DNA from: Vicinamibacterales bacterium
GTDB lineage: Bacteria > Acidobacteriota > Vicinamibacteria > Vicinamibacterales > UBA8438
Assembly (NCBI GenBank): GCA_965249175.1
Contig: OZ252227.1
Coordinates: 6,320,043 to 6,384,042 of the forward strand
Direction: 5' to 3'
DNA: 64,000 nt
In this document: in pieces, positions 1-8,924 of the stretch
Layout of the letters: every line of letters starts with the position of its first letter
How positions within the stretch are numbered: the first letter of the stretch is position 1
The notes under the pieces: model-generated
Seen by the model: the letters and a program-made list of their open reading frames with translations, nothing else
Databases searched by the model: none
Told to the model about the DNA's origin: nothing
Program-made: the position numbers and the translations under genes

Positions 1-2
1 CC

Positions 3-1166
3 GTGTGGGTAGACCCGCAACGACGCTACGAGGACAAGATCATCGCGTTCGAGGCGACGGGCTTGGGGCCAGCCACCGAGTACGGCTACGGCGTTGAACT
101 GAACGGGCGGCTCGTGAACGGGCTCGTCGGCCGGTTCCGAACCACGCCGTTGAAGGGGACGCGCACGAGCTTTCGTTTCGCGCTCTCGAGTTGTGCCCGG
201 CAGAAGTGGATGGGTGGTTCACGGCCAGAGGCGTACCGGGCGATTGCCGCCAATCGGGATCTGCTCTTCTTCCTACATCTCGGGGACCTCCACTACAAGG
301 ACAATCACGACGAAGAGCTTCGGAGTCGGCTCGAAGACTACGACGACGCATCGAGGCGAGACGGCCCCGACGGGTTGTTCACCTCACTGCCGGTCGTCTA
401 CGTCTGGGACGATCATGACTTCCTCGGCAACAACTCCGCTGGCGCCGACCCGAGGCGGAGTGGCGCAGCCCGGTACGCGAGGGAGGCGTACGGCATCTAC
501 GTGCCTCACTATGAAACGGTCCGCCCGGACGATGGCATCTATCAGACGTTCGAGGTCGGGCGGGTCCTGTTCCTCCTCACGGATACGCGCTCTCAACGAT
601 CGTCCCGTTCGGGTTCGCGACGCGTGGGCACCGTTCTCGGGGCCGCTCAGAAGGCGTGGCTGAAGGGCAAGCTGCTCGACGGCAAGTCGGCGGACCTCAT
701 CGTCTGGGTCAACTCGATCCCGTGGATTGGACAACCGAAAGTGGGCGACGATTCCTGGGCCGGATTTCCAGAAGAGAGACGCGAGCTGGCCGAGTTCATC
801 GTCGCCAATGGGATCCGCAACATCTGTATGGTCAGTGGCGACGCACACATGGTCGCGATCGATGACGGACCGCACGCTGGCTACGCGGCAGGTGGCTGCG
901 GGGGGTTCCCGGTGTTTCATGCCGCGGCACTCGAAAGTCGCGGCTCGAAGAAGGGCGGCCCATATTCCCATGGGAGCGACGGCGGCGGACCCGGGAACGG
1001 GATCCCCGGACGGCGCCAGTTCGGTCTCTTCGAAGTCGTCTACGAATCGCCGGACACGCCGCCGCGAGTGCAATGGACAGCGATTCGCGCCCGGAAGAAG
1101 TCCGTTGAGACGACAGTATTGCTGCGACACGAGTTCGCAGCGGAGCGGACGTTCGACGGGTTCTGA
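3..1166 (+). CDS. PhoD-like alkaline phosphatase / metallophosphatase (true 5' end may lie outside the window)
   Basis: ORF open from the window edge. Metallophosphatase/PhoD-type motifs HLGDLHYKDNH, VWDDHDFLGNN, VSGDAHMVAIDD. Confidence 0.75.
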   Translation: MWVDPQRRYEDKIIAFEATGLGPATEYGYGVELNGRLVNGLVGRFRTTPLKGTRTSFRFALSSCARQKWMGGSRPEAYRAIAANRDLLFFLHLGDLHYKDNHDEELRSRLEDYDDASRRDGPDGLFTSLPVVYVWDDHDFLGNNSAGADPRRSGAARYAREAYGIYVPHYETVRPDDGIYQTFEVGRVLFLLTDTRSQRSSRSGSRRVGTVLGAAQKAWLKGKLLDGKSADLIVWVNSIPWIGQPKVGDDSWAGFPEERRELAEFIVANGIRNICMVSGDAHMVAIDDGPHAGYAAGGCGGFPVFHAAALESRGSKKGGPYSHGSDGGGPGNGIPGRRQFGLFEVVYESPDTPPRVQWTAIRARKKSVETTVLLRHEFAAERTFDGF

Positions 1167-1270
1167 TCCCGGCGGCGCAGTTGCCGGACCTGCTCCCCCG
1201 CAAGGCCGGGTGCAGCGTCCCGCACAAACCTACGACTTCACGGTGAGCGCCGGGAACGGATTGTGAGACG

Positions 1271-2623
1271 ATGATGCGCGTGACGCGCCCGACGGTAGCC
1301 CTAGCGCTGGTGACCTTGTGTCTCGCCGCTTCGCCGATCCGCGCCGATGACTGGCCCGAGTGGCGCGGCCGCGGCCGCCTTGGTGTCTGGACCGAGACCG
1401 GCATCGTCGAGACGTTGCCCGAAGGCGGGCTGCCGGTCGCTTGGCGCATGCCGATCGGCGGCGGCTACGCGGGACCGGCGGTCGCCGACGGGCGCGTCTT
1501 CGTGACGGACGCGCGCCGGCTGGACCCACGCAACACCGAGGTCGTCGAGCGCCTGGTCGTCCTGGACGAACGGAGCGGCGACGTGCGGTGGACCCACGAG
1601 TGGGAGACCAACTACGCAGGGCTGCAGCTCGCGTACGCGATCGGCCCGCGGGCGACGCCGACCGTCGACGGCGATCGAGTCTATGCACTGGGCGCGATGG
1701 GCAATCTCTTCGCCCTCGACGTCGCCGACGGCCGTGTGCTCTGGCACACCGACTACGTCCTCGACTTCAACGCGTCGGTGCCATCGTGGGGCATCACCGG
1801 GGCGCCGCTCGTGGTCGGCGACCGGCTGATCTGCCTGGTCGGGGGAGAGCCGGACGCCAAAGTCATCGCGTTCGACAAGCGGACCGGTGACGTGCTGTGG
1901 CAGGCGCTCTCGTCGGATTGGGAGCCGGGCTACTCACAACCGATTCTGATCGAGGCGGGGGGAGCCTCGCAGTTGATCATCTGGCACCCGCGCGCGATCA
2001 GCGCGCTCAACCCGGAGACCGGCGAGGTCTACTGGGAGGTGCCGCACATCGTCGACATGGGCATGGCGGTCTCGACGGCCGTCCGGAGCGGACCGTATCT
2101 GTTCGTCACCTCGCAATGGGGCGGCGCTCGGATGATGCGGTTGGCGGAGACGCATCCGGATGCGACGCTGATCTGGGAGGGCGTGGGCGAGAGCGATCCG
2201 GAATACGGTCGTGTGTTCGACACGCTCGATTCCGTCATCAGCACGCCGGTCATCCAGGGCGACTACCTCTACGGCGTCGACGGCCACGGCGTCCTCCGAT
2301 GCCTCGAGCTGCGAACCGGCAAGCGCGTGTGGGAAACCGAGGCGTTGATGGGCGAACCCGCGAGCTGGGCCACCGCCTTCTTCGTGCGGCACGGCGACCG
2401 GTATTTCATCAACACCGACGGCGGGGACCTCGTCATCGCGAGCCTGTCGCCCGAGGGGTACGACGAGATCAGCCGCGCGCGCCTGATCGCGCCGACGAGC
2501 CCCTACGTGCGCCGCCGCGCGCAGGGGCCGGTGGTCAACTGGTCACATCCGGCGTATGCCAACCGCCACATCATCGCGCGCAACGACGAAGAGATCGTCC
2601 GGGTCTCGCTCGCCGCGCCGTAG
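1271..2623 (+). CDS. secreted PQQ-like (BamB/YVTN-type) beta-propeller repeat protein
   Basis: 450-aa ORF with ATG at 1271. Signal-like N-terminus MMRVTRPTVALALVTLCLAASPIRA. Repeated propeller strands ending in W (DVRWTH, RVLWHT, DVLWQA, EVYWEV, KRVWET). Confidence 0.7.
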   Translation: MMRVTRPTVALALVTLCLAASPIRADDWPEWRGRGRLGVWTETGIVETLPEGGLPVAWRMPIGGGYAGPAVADGRVFVTDARRLDPRNTEVVERLVVLDERSGDVRWTHEWETNYAGLQLAYAIGPRATPTVDGDRVYALGAMGNLFALDVADGRVLWHTDYVLDFNASVPSWGITGAPLVVGDRLICLVGGEPDAKVIAFDKRTGDVLWQALSSDWEPGYSQPILIEAGGASQLIIWHPRAISALNPETGEVYWEVPHIVDMGMAVSTAVRSGPYLFVTSQWGGARMMRLAETHPDATLIWEGVGESDPEYGRVFDTLDSVISTPVIQGDYLYGVDGHGVLRCLELRTGKRVWETEALMGEPASWATAFFVRHGDRYFINTDGGDLVIASLSPEGYDEISRARLIAPTSPYVRRRAQGPVVNWSHPAYANRHIIARNDEEIVRVSLAAP

Positions 2624-2629
2624 ATCCCA

Positions 2630-4288
2630 ATGCGTCCGCGTGCGTTCGTGCTGCCGGTGGTCGTGGCCGCGCTGACCGGTCAGGTGCTGGTCACCATCGG
2701 CGCCAGCGGGCTCGCGGGACGCGCCCAAGCCGTCAACGGCAGCGAACGCGTCGTCACCGTGATCGGCGACCTGCACATGGGGGTCGGTCGTGACGCATCG
2801 GGCACGTGGCATCCCACGGAAGACTTTCGGTGGGCGGATGCGTTCGTCGCGTTCCTTCGCGCGCTGGACGCCGAGGGGGGCGGCGCCGCCGACCTCATTC
2901 TGAACGGCGACACGTTCGAGCTGTGGCAATCGCTCGACGCCGACTGCGTGTACGACGACCCGGAGCTTGGATGCAGCGAAGCCGAGGCGCTCGCGCGGAT
3001 GGAGCGCGTTCTCGCCTCGCACGCGCTCGAAGTCGAGGCCCTCGCCGCGTTTGCCCGGTCCGCGACGAATCGTGTCGTCGTCGTGCCAGGCGACCACGAC
3101 GCGGCGCTGCTCTTCCCGTCGGTTCTCGCCAAGGTCGAGCAGGCACTCGGCGCGCCCACTAGTCGCGCGACCGTGGCAACCGCCGGCCATTGGGCGTCCG
3201 ACGACGGTCAGATCTACGCCGAGCATGGGCATCAGATCGACGGACGTGCCAATCGCTTCGACGACTGGCCGTCGCCCTTCATCGAGCGGTCCGGGCAGCG
3301 CCATCTGGCACGGCCGTGGGGCGCTCGGACCGCCACGGCGTTCTTCGACGCGCGCGAATCTCGCTACCCCGTGATCGACAACTTCGCCGACGAGGGTGCG
3401 GGGCTGGCGCACGGCATCGCGGCCGACGGCGCCGCTGACCTCGGTCCGTCTGCCGCCGAGCTGGTGCGCTACGTCCTCTTCAGGATGCCGTGGCAGCAGT
3501 TCCGTGTCGACCTCGACGCCGGCGACGTGCAGCCGCCAACGTGGGATCTCGCCGCCGTCAAGGCCCAGGGGCCGTCGTTCCTGGCCGAGTCGCTGCCCGA
3601 CGACGATCGGTTCAAGCCGGTGGCCCGCCGCGCCCTCGATGCGGGAGTGATCTCGGCGCTCATGGACGGCATGAGCGACGAGGATCTCGACGCGCTCTGC
3701 GACTACCGGGCGGCCGTGCGGCGCGCGCGGCGCCGTTTCGAGCGCTACGTGACCCAGATCGACCCGCGCGGACCGCCGGTCGCGGCGTGTCCGCGCACGC
3801 CGGACACACGCGGCGGGTTGTTCGACTACTTCTGGCGAACACGCGATCGCACGTACTCACGGCGGCTGGAGACGGCGCAGGCGTCGCTGCCGGCGGGCGG
3901 CCGCCCGATCGCCATCTTCGTCCACGGGCACACGCACCTGGTCGACTGGCGCCAGCGGGTGCTGGAGCTGACCAGCATGGGTCGCACCGTCATCGTCGAC
4001 GGGTTCTCACCGATCCCGAACGCGCTCACCCCGGTCGTGGTCAACGGCGGCGCGTGGCAGCGAACAATCACACCCGTGCAGTACGGCCGATTGCAGGAAG
4101 CCGGTGGCGCGTCCGATGCGGAGCTGCTTGCGGCGTTACGGCCGGAGCACCTCGCGCCCTGTTACAGCTTCGTCCGCATCGATCCGTATGACGGTACGCC
4201 GGGCTTCCCGAGCATCCGGTATTGGCGCCAGGACGAAGGCGGCGCCTGGGAGATGGCAGGGGCGTGCGGTCGCGAGCCGGAGCTGTAG
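2630..4288 (+). CDS. calcineurin-like metallophosphoesterase, secreted
   Basis: 552-aa ORF starting 7 nt after the previous stop, with a hydrophobic N-terminus. Motifs VIGDLHMG, LNGDTFELW, VVPGDHD, EHGHQ, VHGHTH. Confidence 0.7.
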   Translation: MRPRAFVLPVVVAALTGQVLVTIGASGLAGRAQAVNGSERVVTVIGDLHMGVGRDASGTWHPTEDFRWADAFVAFLRALDAEGGGAADLILNGDTFELWQSLDADCVYDDPELGCSEAEALARMERVLASHALEVEALAAFARSATNRVVVVPGDHDAALLFPSVLAKVEQALGAPTSRATVATAGHWASDDGQIYAEHGHQIDGRANRFDDWPSPFIERSGQRHLARPWGARTATAFFDARESRYPVIDNFADEGAGLAHGIAADGAADLGPSAAELVRYVLFRMPWQQFRVDLDAGDVQPPTWDLAAVKAQGPSFLAESLPDDDRFKPVARRALDAGVISALMDGMSDEDLDALCDYRAAVRRARRRFERYVTQIDPRGPPVAACPRTPDTRGGLFDYFWRTRDRTYSRRLETAQASLPAGGRPIAIFVHGHTHLVDWRQRVLELTSMGRTVIVDGFSPIPNALTPVVVNGGAWQRTITPVQYGRLQEAGGASDAELLAALRPEHLAPCYSFVRIDPYDGTPGFPSIRYWRQDEGGAWEMAGACGREPEL

Positions 4289-4312
4289 TCGCAGTGAACG
4301 AGGTGTCTGAGG

Positions 4313-5609
4313 TTACTGACCTGCATCGGTACTGAGAAGGTCGAGAGGACTTCGCGCCGGCCTCCGCAGTTCTTTGACGACGTGTGTGTAGATCATCGTC
4401 GTCTCCACGTTGACGTGACCCAGGTAGTCCTGGATCTGCCGGATGTCGACACCGTTGAGCAGCAGGTGCGTTGCAAAACTGTGTCTCAACGTGTGGACGG
4501 AAACGGGCTTGTGGATGTGAGCCCTTCGGGCCGCCGCCTTGACGCCCTCTGGACGACCGAGTCATGGACGTGGTGGCGCCGCACAATGCCGGCCCGAGGG
4601 TCGGTTGCCAACGTCTTGCTTGGGAAGACCCAGAACCGCGCCAGCTCTCGGCCCGCGTTCGGATACCTACGTTCCAGGGCATCGGGCATCCAGACGCCGG
4701 CGAGTCCCGATCTGCGGTCGGCTCCGTAGACCGTCTCGGAACTCCGCAGTTGAGCCCGCAACTCCTCCCGGCCCACTTCCGCCAACAGCGTCGACCTGTC
4801 CTTGTTTCCCTTCCCACTGCGGACAAAGACCAAGCCCTGATCGAAGTCGAGGTCCTTCACGCGCAGTTGGCAACACTCAGAGACCCGCAATCCTCCTCCG
4901 TAGATCAGCGCGGCCATGAGCCAAGTCCTCCCGCGCAGGCCGCCCAGGAACGCCGCGGTCTCCGGAATGCTCAGGACGACCGGCAGCCGCGACCCGCGCT
5001 TTGCCCTCGCCGTCGAGGATAAGTCCTCCACCGCCACACCCAGCACCTCCCGGCGGAGGAACAGAATGGCGGACAGCGCCTGGTTTTGACTGCTGGCCGA
5101 CACCCGGCGCCGCACGGCCAGATGCGTCAGATAATCTCGTACGGCGACCGAGTCGACCGGCGGATGCGGCGCGTTCTGCCGCTCGGCCACATAGGCAAAA
5201 GAAACGCCGCACCCAGTCCGCATACGTGCGCTCGGTGCGGGAGGAGTAGTGCCTGGTCCTGATGCGCCGTTGCAGTTCTTCCAGCGCCGCCAGCGGATTC
5301 GTTCCGCCGTGCTCGTCCACGACGGCGCTGGCCGGCCGGCGATGCCAGTCTGTTCGCTTCAGGAAATTGACAAAGAACATCCGTAAAGCCTGCTCGGCCC
5401 TGGCGCACCTGCCACTCCTGGACGCGGCCTTTGCGCTCCAAGTCCTCACAGAACCGCCGAACCTGGTCCGCCAGGGGTTCGTCAGAAGCCTTCCTCATCA
5501 GGAATCGGCGCACCCAGCGCACGCAGTGCGGCGCCGCGTTCTCTCGGACCAGTCGCCCTCGGAGTAGGAACTCGCCGAACGGCTGGAGCGACGATTCGAG
5601 CTCACGCAT
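4313..5609 (-). pseudogene. intI: integron integrase IntI, inactivated by at least three frameshifts
   Basis: Four frame segments read MRELESS...EWQVRQ | AEQALRMFFVNFL...RTERTYADWVRRFF | FAYVAERQ...LRVSECCQLRVKDLD...[41 protein letters not shown] | [47 protein letters not shown]. The last segment is my own translation and is not in the ORF track. Shifts lie near 5400, 5200 and 4545. The catalytic R, HxxR and Y are present, as is the IntI-specific insertion. Confidence 0.85.
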
Positions 5610-5877
5610 GGTCCACCCGGACTCATGTCGAGGCAATCTGCTTGCCACCACTACGATCGCATCGTAAGTCGTGGAGCAGCAGCGGCTTGTCGAGTCGGCG
5701 CCACCGGTAGCGGTCGCTTCGGTTCGCCTCGCATCGCCAAACAGGAACCGTGCGTTGACACGCATCGCAGCGAATGGCGCACGCCAGATATCCCTGGAAT
5801 CACCAGCACATCGCGCATGCGCCAATTCACGGACAATGGACAGTGCGAATCCGGTAAACCTCTGTCGTCATTCGCAT

Positions 5878-5907
5878 TTGACCGGAAACGAGTCGCCCGG
5901 CCAGAAT
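5878..5907 (+). promoter_or_regulatory. candidate outward (Pc-like) cassette promoter TTGACC-N18-CAGAAT
   Basis: Hexamers read directly between the intI start (5609) and the first cassette ORF (6012). Only a sigma70-like match, with no other support. Confidence 0.25.
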
Positions 5908-5988
5908 GCCAGCGGAAAAGGATTTACACGCCATCGGTTGGATGTGTCGAACGCAAAACCGTTAATTGGCGTACGCGGGTTATAGAAC

Positions 5989-5995
5989 GTTATGC
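5989..5995 (+). other. candidate attI crossover core GTTATGC
   Basis: The GTT-core heptamer closest to the first cassette ATG (6012). It resembles the R' boxes of the attC sites (cGTTATGt at 9795). Confidence 0.25.
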
Positions 5996-6011
5996 CTGTT
6001 GATAGAGCCAG

Positions 6012-6840
6012 ATGACACTCTCTAATGAGGTCTCGACGTTGGTCGATGATTTCGTCCTGCGAGACCGCAGGCTTGGAGACCACTCATCGACTACTGTCGA
6101 CGTGCTGCTCGCGGAGGGTGGTGAGAGTCGCTTGATCGCTCGATCTCGCACTCCGGCCGCCGAGCTACCGAGCCAGAAGCAGAGAGTCAAGATCCCGAAC
6201 TTCAAGTATATCCGTGACACGTCCATGACGATGGGCGACGACGCCGATATTCGGTCACGCGTCGTATGCGCGGTGGCTTCCGGGACGACAACTCTTGGCA
6301 TGCTGTCGCTGAGAAGCAAGCATGAAGTGTTGAGCCCGACGGACGTACGCCGCCTACACGTCTTGAGCGCCCTGGTTGCGTACGAAATCGTCTACCTCCA
6401 GGCGAGAGCCAGAGTACCGTCGCGTTTGTCGCTCGAACTGGGTGTTGTGCTGCGGGCGGCTCGAAAGGAGATGGGCCTGAGCCAAGAGGATCTCGCTGCC
6501 CTGGTCGGGACGAGTCGGATCTCGGTGTCGAGGTGGGAGACGGGAACGCAATTGCCCTCCCGTGGCCCGCTTCGGAACTGGGCGACCGCGCTAGGGCTGC
6601 TCGCCGGAGGGCGATCCACGATTGTCGCCGCGGTCGACGCGACTCCCGAGCTTCTGGAATTACTGCGGCGAGATCCCGGTCGGCTGTCGCAGCTTTCGGC
6701 GGAGCAATTCGAACAGGTCGTTGCAGAGCGGCTTGACCGAATGGGGTACGCGGTCCAGAGAACCGGGGCTGTGAACCAGAAGGATGGCGGCATCGACATC
6801 ATCGCGATCCCTCGAGCAGACACCGCGAGTGTTCTAATTG
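6012..6840 (+). pseudogene. GAF-like / XRE-HTH / Mrr-type restriction-endonuclease domain protein, 5' part, interrupted by ISL3
   Basis: HTH motif LRAARKEMGLSQEDLAALVGTSRISVSRWETG. Mrr_cat-like motif LSAEQFEQVVAERLDRMGYAVQRTG...DGGIDIIAIP. The ORF runs into the IS inverted repeat at 6841. Removing the IS and one TSD copy continues in frame as SVLIAVQVKHHRGSRKTGRATV (8298-~8345). Confidence 0.6.
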
Positions 6841-8289
6841 GGCTCTTCGTCGATTTGAGTACAGCGATCTGAGGTGATACCCGGCCGCCTGCGCGGGCCG
6901 CAATTGAGGTGGGCGGCCTGCTCGACGGCCTGGACGAAAGAACGCGATCCCACTTGCACCGGACCACCCGGTGTTGTTCTCTCTTGATGTGCAACCAAGA
7001 AGGGAGGACACGTGGGATCGCAACGGGATTGTACCTGGATCTTGGGCTTGTCGGGCTTCCGAGTGGTGCGCGTCGAACGGGAGGACGACGGGGTGGAGAG
7101 TCGCCTGCGGTTGCAGTTGGAGCGGCGCGGGATACGGCGCTATGTGTGCAACGGCTGTGGACGCCGCACCGGCCGCGTGCGCGCCGCGCGCGAGCGGACG
7201 TGGGACGATCTGCCCTGGGCACGGCATCCGGTCACGTTGGTCTACCGGCAACGACGCGTGATCTGTCGCCACTGCGGGGTGCGCACGGAGCGGATCGAAT
7301 TTGCCACCCCGAAGGCCCGGGTCACGCGCCGCTTGCGCCAGCAGATCGGCCTGGATTGCCAGTCGATGCCGACCAGCCACGCCGCCGTGCGGCACCGCGT
7401 CAGCTGGGGCAAAGCCCGGCGCGCCGAGACGGCCTTCTTGACCGAGTGGGATCGCACCCGCCGGAAACGGCGACCGCGGCACATCGGCCTCGATGAGGTG
7501 CAGCGCGGGAAGGGCCAGCGCTTCTGGACTGTCCTGTCGGATGTGGTGCGCGGCGAGGTCATGGGCTTGCGTCAGGATCGCACAACGACTACCGCCACGA
7601 CCTTGCTCACGGAGGATCTCGACCCGCATCAGCGGGGCGCGATTCACGCGGTGTGTACCGACATGCACCGGCCCTATCTCAATGCGGTCACGCAGGTGCT
7701 GCCGCAGGCCGACGTGGTGTTCGACAAATTCCATGTCCTCCAGCATGCGAGCGCCGCGCTCGACGAGGTCCGCCGCCAAGAGTTCTTCCGCGCCGGGGCC
7801 GTGATGCGTGCCCATGGGCGCGGGAAACGCTGGTTGCTGCTCCGGCGCTGGAAGACGGTCCGCGGCTCGAAGCGCCGGGAACTGCAGACGTTGTTTGCCG
7901 CGAATCGCCGGCTGTTCAAAGCCTGTCTCCTGCGCGAACAGCTCGACCGCCTGTGGACGTATCGGACGCCGATGGGCGTGGGGCACTTCCTCATCGGCTG
8001 GGTGACCGCGTTGCGCTGGCAACGGCTCCCCGAGATGGAGCGCCTCGGCGCGTTCCTCGTTCGTCATCTCGAGGGCATCGCTGCCTACTGCTTCCACCCT
8101 GTTCGCTTCGGCGTGGTCGAATCGATCAACACGACCATCAAGGCGGTCCTCCGCCGCGCACGCGGTATGCAGAATGAACAACTGCTCTTGCTCAAACTGA
8201 AGTGGGCCACGGCTCATCCGATTCGATCGTCTCGCGACCTGGCGCGCTTCTTGAGCCTTCAACCCTTGTACTCAAATCGGTGAAGAGCC
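6841..8289 (+). mobile_element. ISL3-family insertion sequence (1449 bp)
   Basis: 23-bp terminal inverted repeats GGCTCTTCGTCGATTTGAGTACA (6841-6863) and TGTACTCAAATCGGTGAAGAGCC (8267-8289), with 2 mismatches. Perfect 8-bp target duplication TCTAATTG at 6833-6840 and 8290-8297. Confidence 0.9.
7012..8283 (+). CDS. ISL3 family transposase
   Basis: 423-aa ORF inside the IS. N-terminal zinc finger CNGCGRRTGRV...CRHCG and an ISL3-type DDE region (GLDEVQRGKGQRFWTVLSDV, AVCTDMHRPYLNAV). Confidence 0.9.
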   Translation: MGSQRDCTWILGLSGFRVVRVEREDDGVESRLRLQLERRGIRRYVCNGCGRRTGRVRAARERTWDDLPWARHPVTLVYRQRRVICRHCGVRTERIEFATPKARVTRRLRQQIGLDCQSMPTSHAAVRHRVSWGKARRAETAFLTEWDRTRRKRRPRHIGLDEVQRGKGQRFWTVLSDVVRGEVMGLRQDRTTTTATTLLTEDLDPHQRGAIHAVCTDMHRPYLNAVTQVLPQADVVFDKFHVLQHASAALDEVRRQEFFRAGAVMRAHGRGKRWLLLRRWKTVRGSKRRELQTLFAANRRLFKACLLREQLDRLWTYRTPMGVGHFLIGWVTALRWQRLPEMERLGAFLVRHLEGIAAYCFHPVRFGVVESINTTIKAVLRRARGMQNEQLLLLKLKWATAHPIRSSRDLARFLSLQPLYSNR

Positions 8290-8306
8290 TCTAATTGCGG
8301 TGCAAG

Positions 8307-8393
8307 TCAAGCATCACCGCGGGTCCCGAAAGACTGGGCGAGCCACTGTCGGGGGATGTCCGGAGATAGCGCGTTGTCGACGAGGAATCTCAT
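8307..8393 (-). pseudogene. DUF5615-like (PIN-like) toxin remnant, 28 codons
   Basis: My own translation MRFLVDNALSPDIPRQ...*. Its ATG overlaps the DUF433 stop as ATGA. Only the first ~11 residues look like the family; the rest is lost at a deletion junction near 8345-8360. Confidence 0.45.
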
Positions 8394-8620
8394 CGACTGG
8401 GCAACAGGGGCAGTTCGCGCTCTCCCACGGCCTCAGCCGCGAACTGGAGCGCCTCGCGAATATCGCCCTCCTCAAGGTCCGGGTAGGCCGCGAGAATCTC
8501 GGCGTGGGACATGCCGTCGGCGACCATGCCGACGACCGTGGCCACAGGAATGCGCAGGCCTCGGATGCATGGCACCCCGTTCATCTGGGCGGCGTCGATG
8601 GAGATTCGATCGAATGTCAT
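8390..8620 (-). CDS. DUF433 domain protein (antitoxin-like)
   Basis: 76 aa. ISIDAAQMNGVPCIRGLRIPVATVVGMVADGMSHAEILAAYPDLEEGDIREALQFA matches the DUF433 pattern. Confidence 0.75.
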   Translation of the reverse strand: MTFDRISIDAAQMNGVPCIRGLRIPVATVVGMVADGMSHAEILAAYPDLEEGDIREALQFAAEAVGERELPLLPSR

Positions 8621-8645
8621 GGTCCCAACTCGTTGATCTTCCGCA

Positions 8646-8672
8646 ATTATACGCCGCCGCCCGGGTGCTCAA
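8646..8672 (-). promoter_or_regulatory. candidate sigma70 promoter TTGAGC-N15-TATAAT for the inverted TA cassette
   Basis: Minus strand reads cgTTGAGCacccgggcggcggcgTATAATtgcgg, about 25 nt upstream of the DUF433 ATG. The spacer is short. Confidence 0.3.
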
Positions 8673-8774
8673 CGACGATCGCTCTCGACCGCAGAATGGC
8701 CCGGCAGGAGCGCGGCCAGACTGGCCAAACAGACGGGGTCTTGAGGTTATCTGACGCTCGGATCATGATCACAA

Positions 8775-8832
8775 GGCTAACCAAGCAATGCAGCGGACCG
8801 GCTGAGCCGGCCGCTGATTGCTGACGTTAGGC
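8775..8832 (+). other. integron attC site 1 (58 bp)
   Basis: GGCTAAC-caagcaatGCAGCGG-accggctgagccgg-CCGCTGattgctgac-GTTAGGC. Imperfect palindrome with unpaired bases; R' fits GTTRRRY. Confidence 0.8.
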
Positions 8833-8924
8833 CGACTGGATCGCAGCCAGTGGCAGCCGACTTGAACTAGAACGCCCACAGAAACCCGCGCACCAACCAA
8901 CGTGATGCAACCAGGACGCGAACC

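Noticed and set aside
6799-8262. 487-aa minus ORF across the ISL3 element (and likewise 15611..17041 across the IS5-like element)
   Set aside because: It is antisense to bona fide transposase genes and starts outside the IS boundaries, so it is not a gene.
8300-8824. 174-aa plus ORF after the ISL3 element
   Set aside because: Only its first ~16 codons plausibly continue the interrupted Mrr-like gene. The rest is antisense to the DUF433 gene and runs through attC1.
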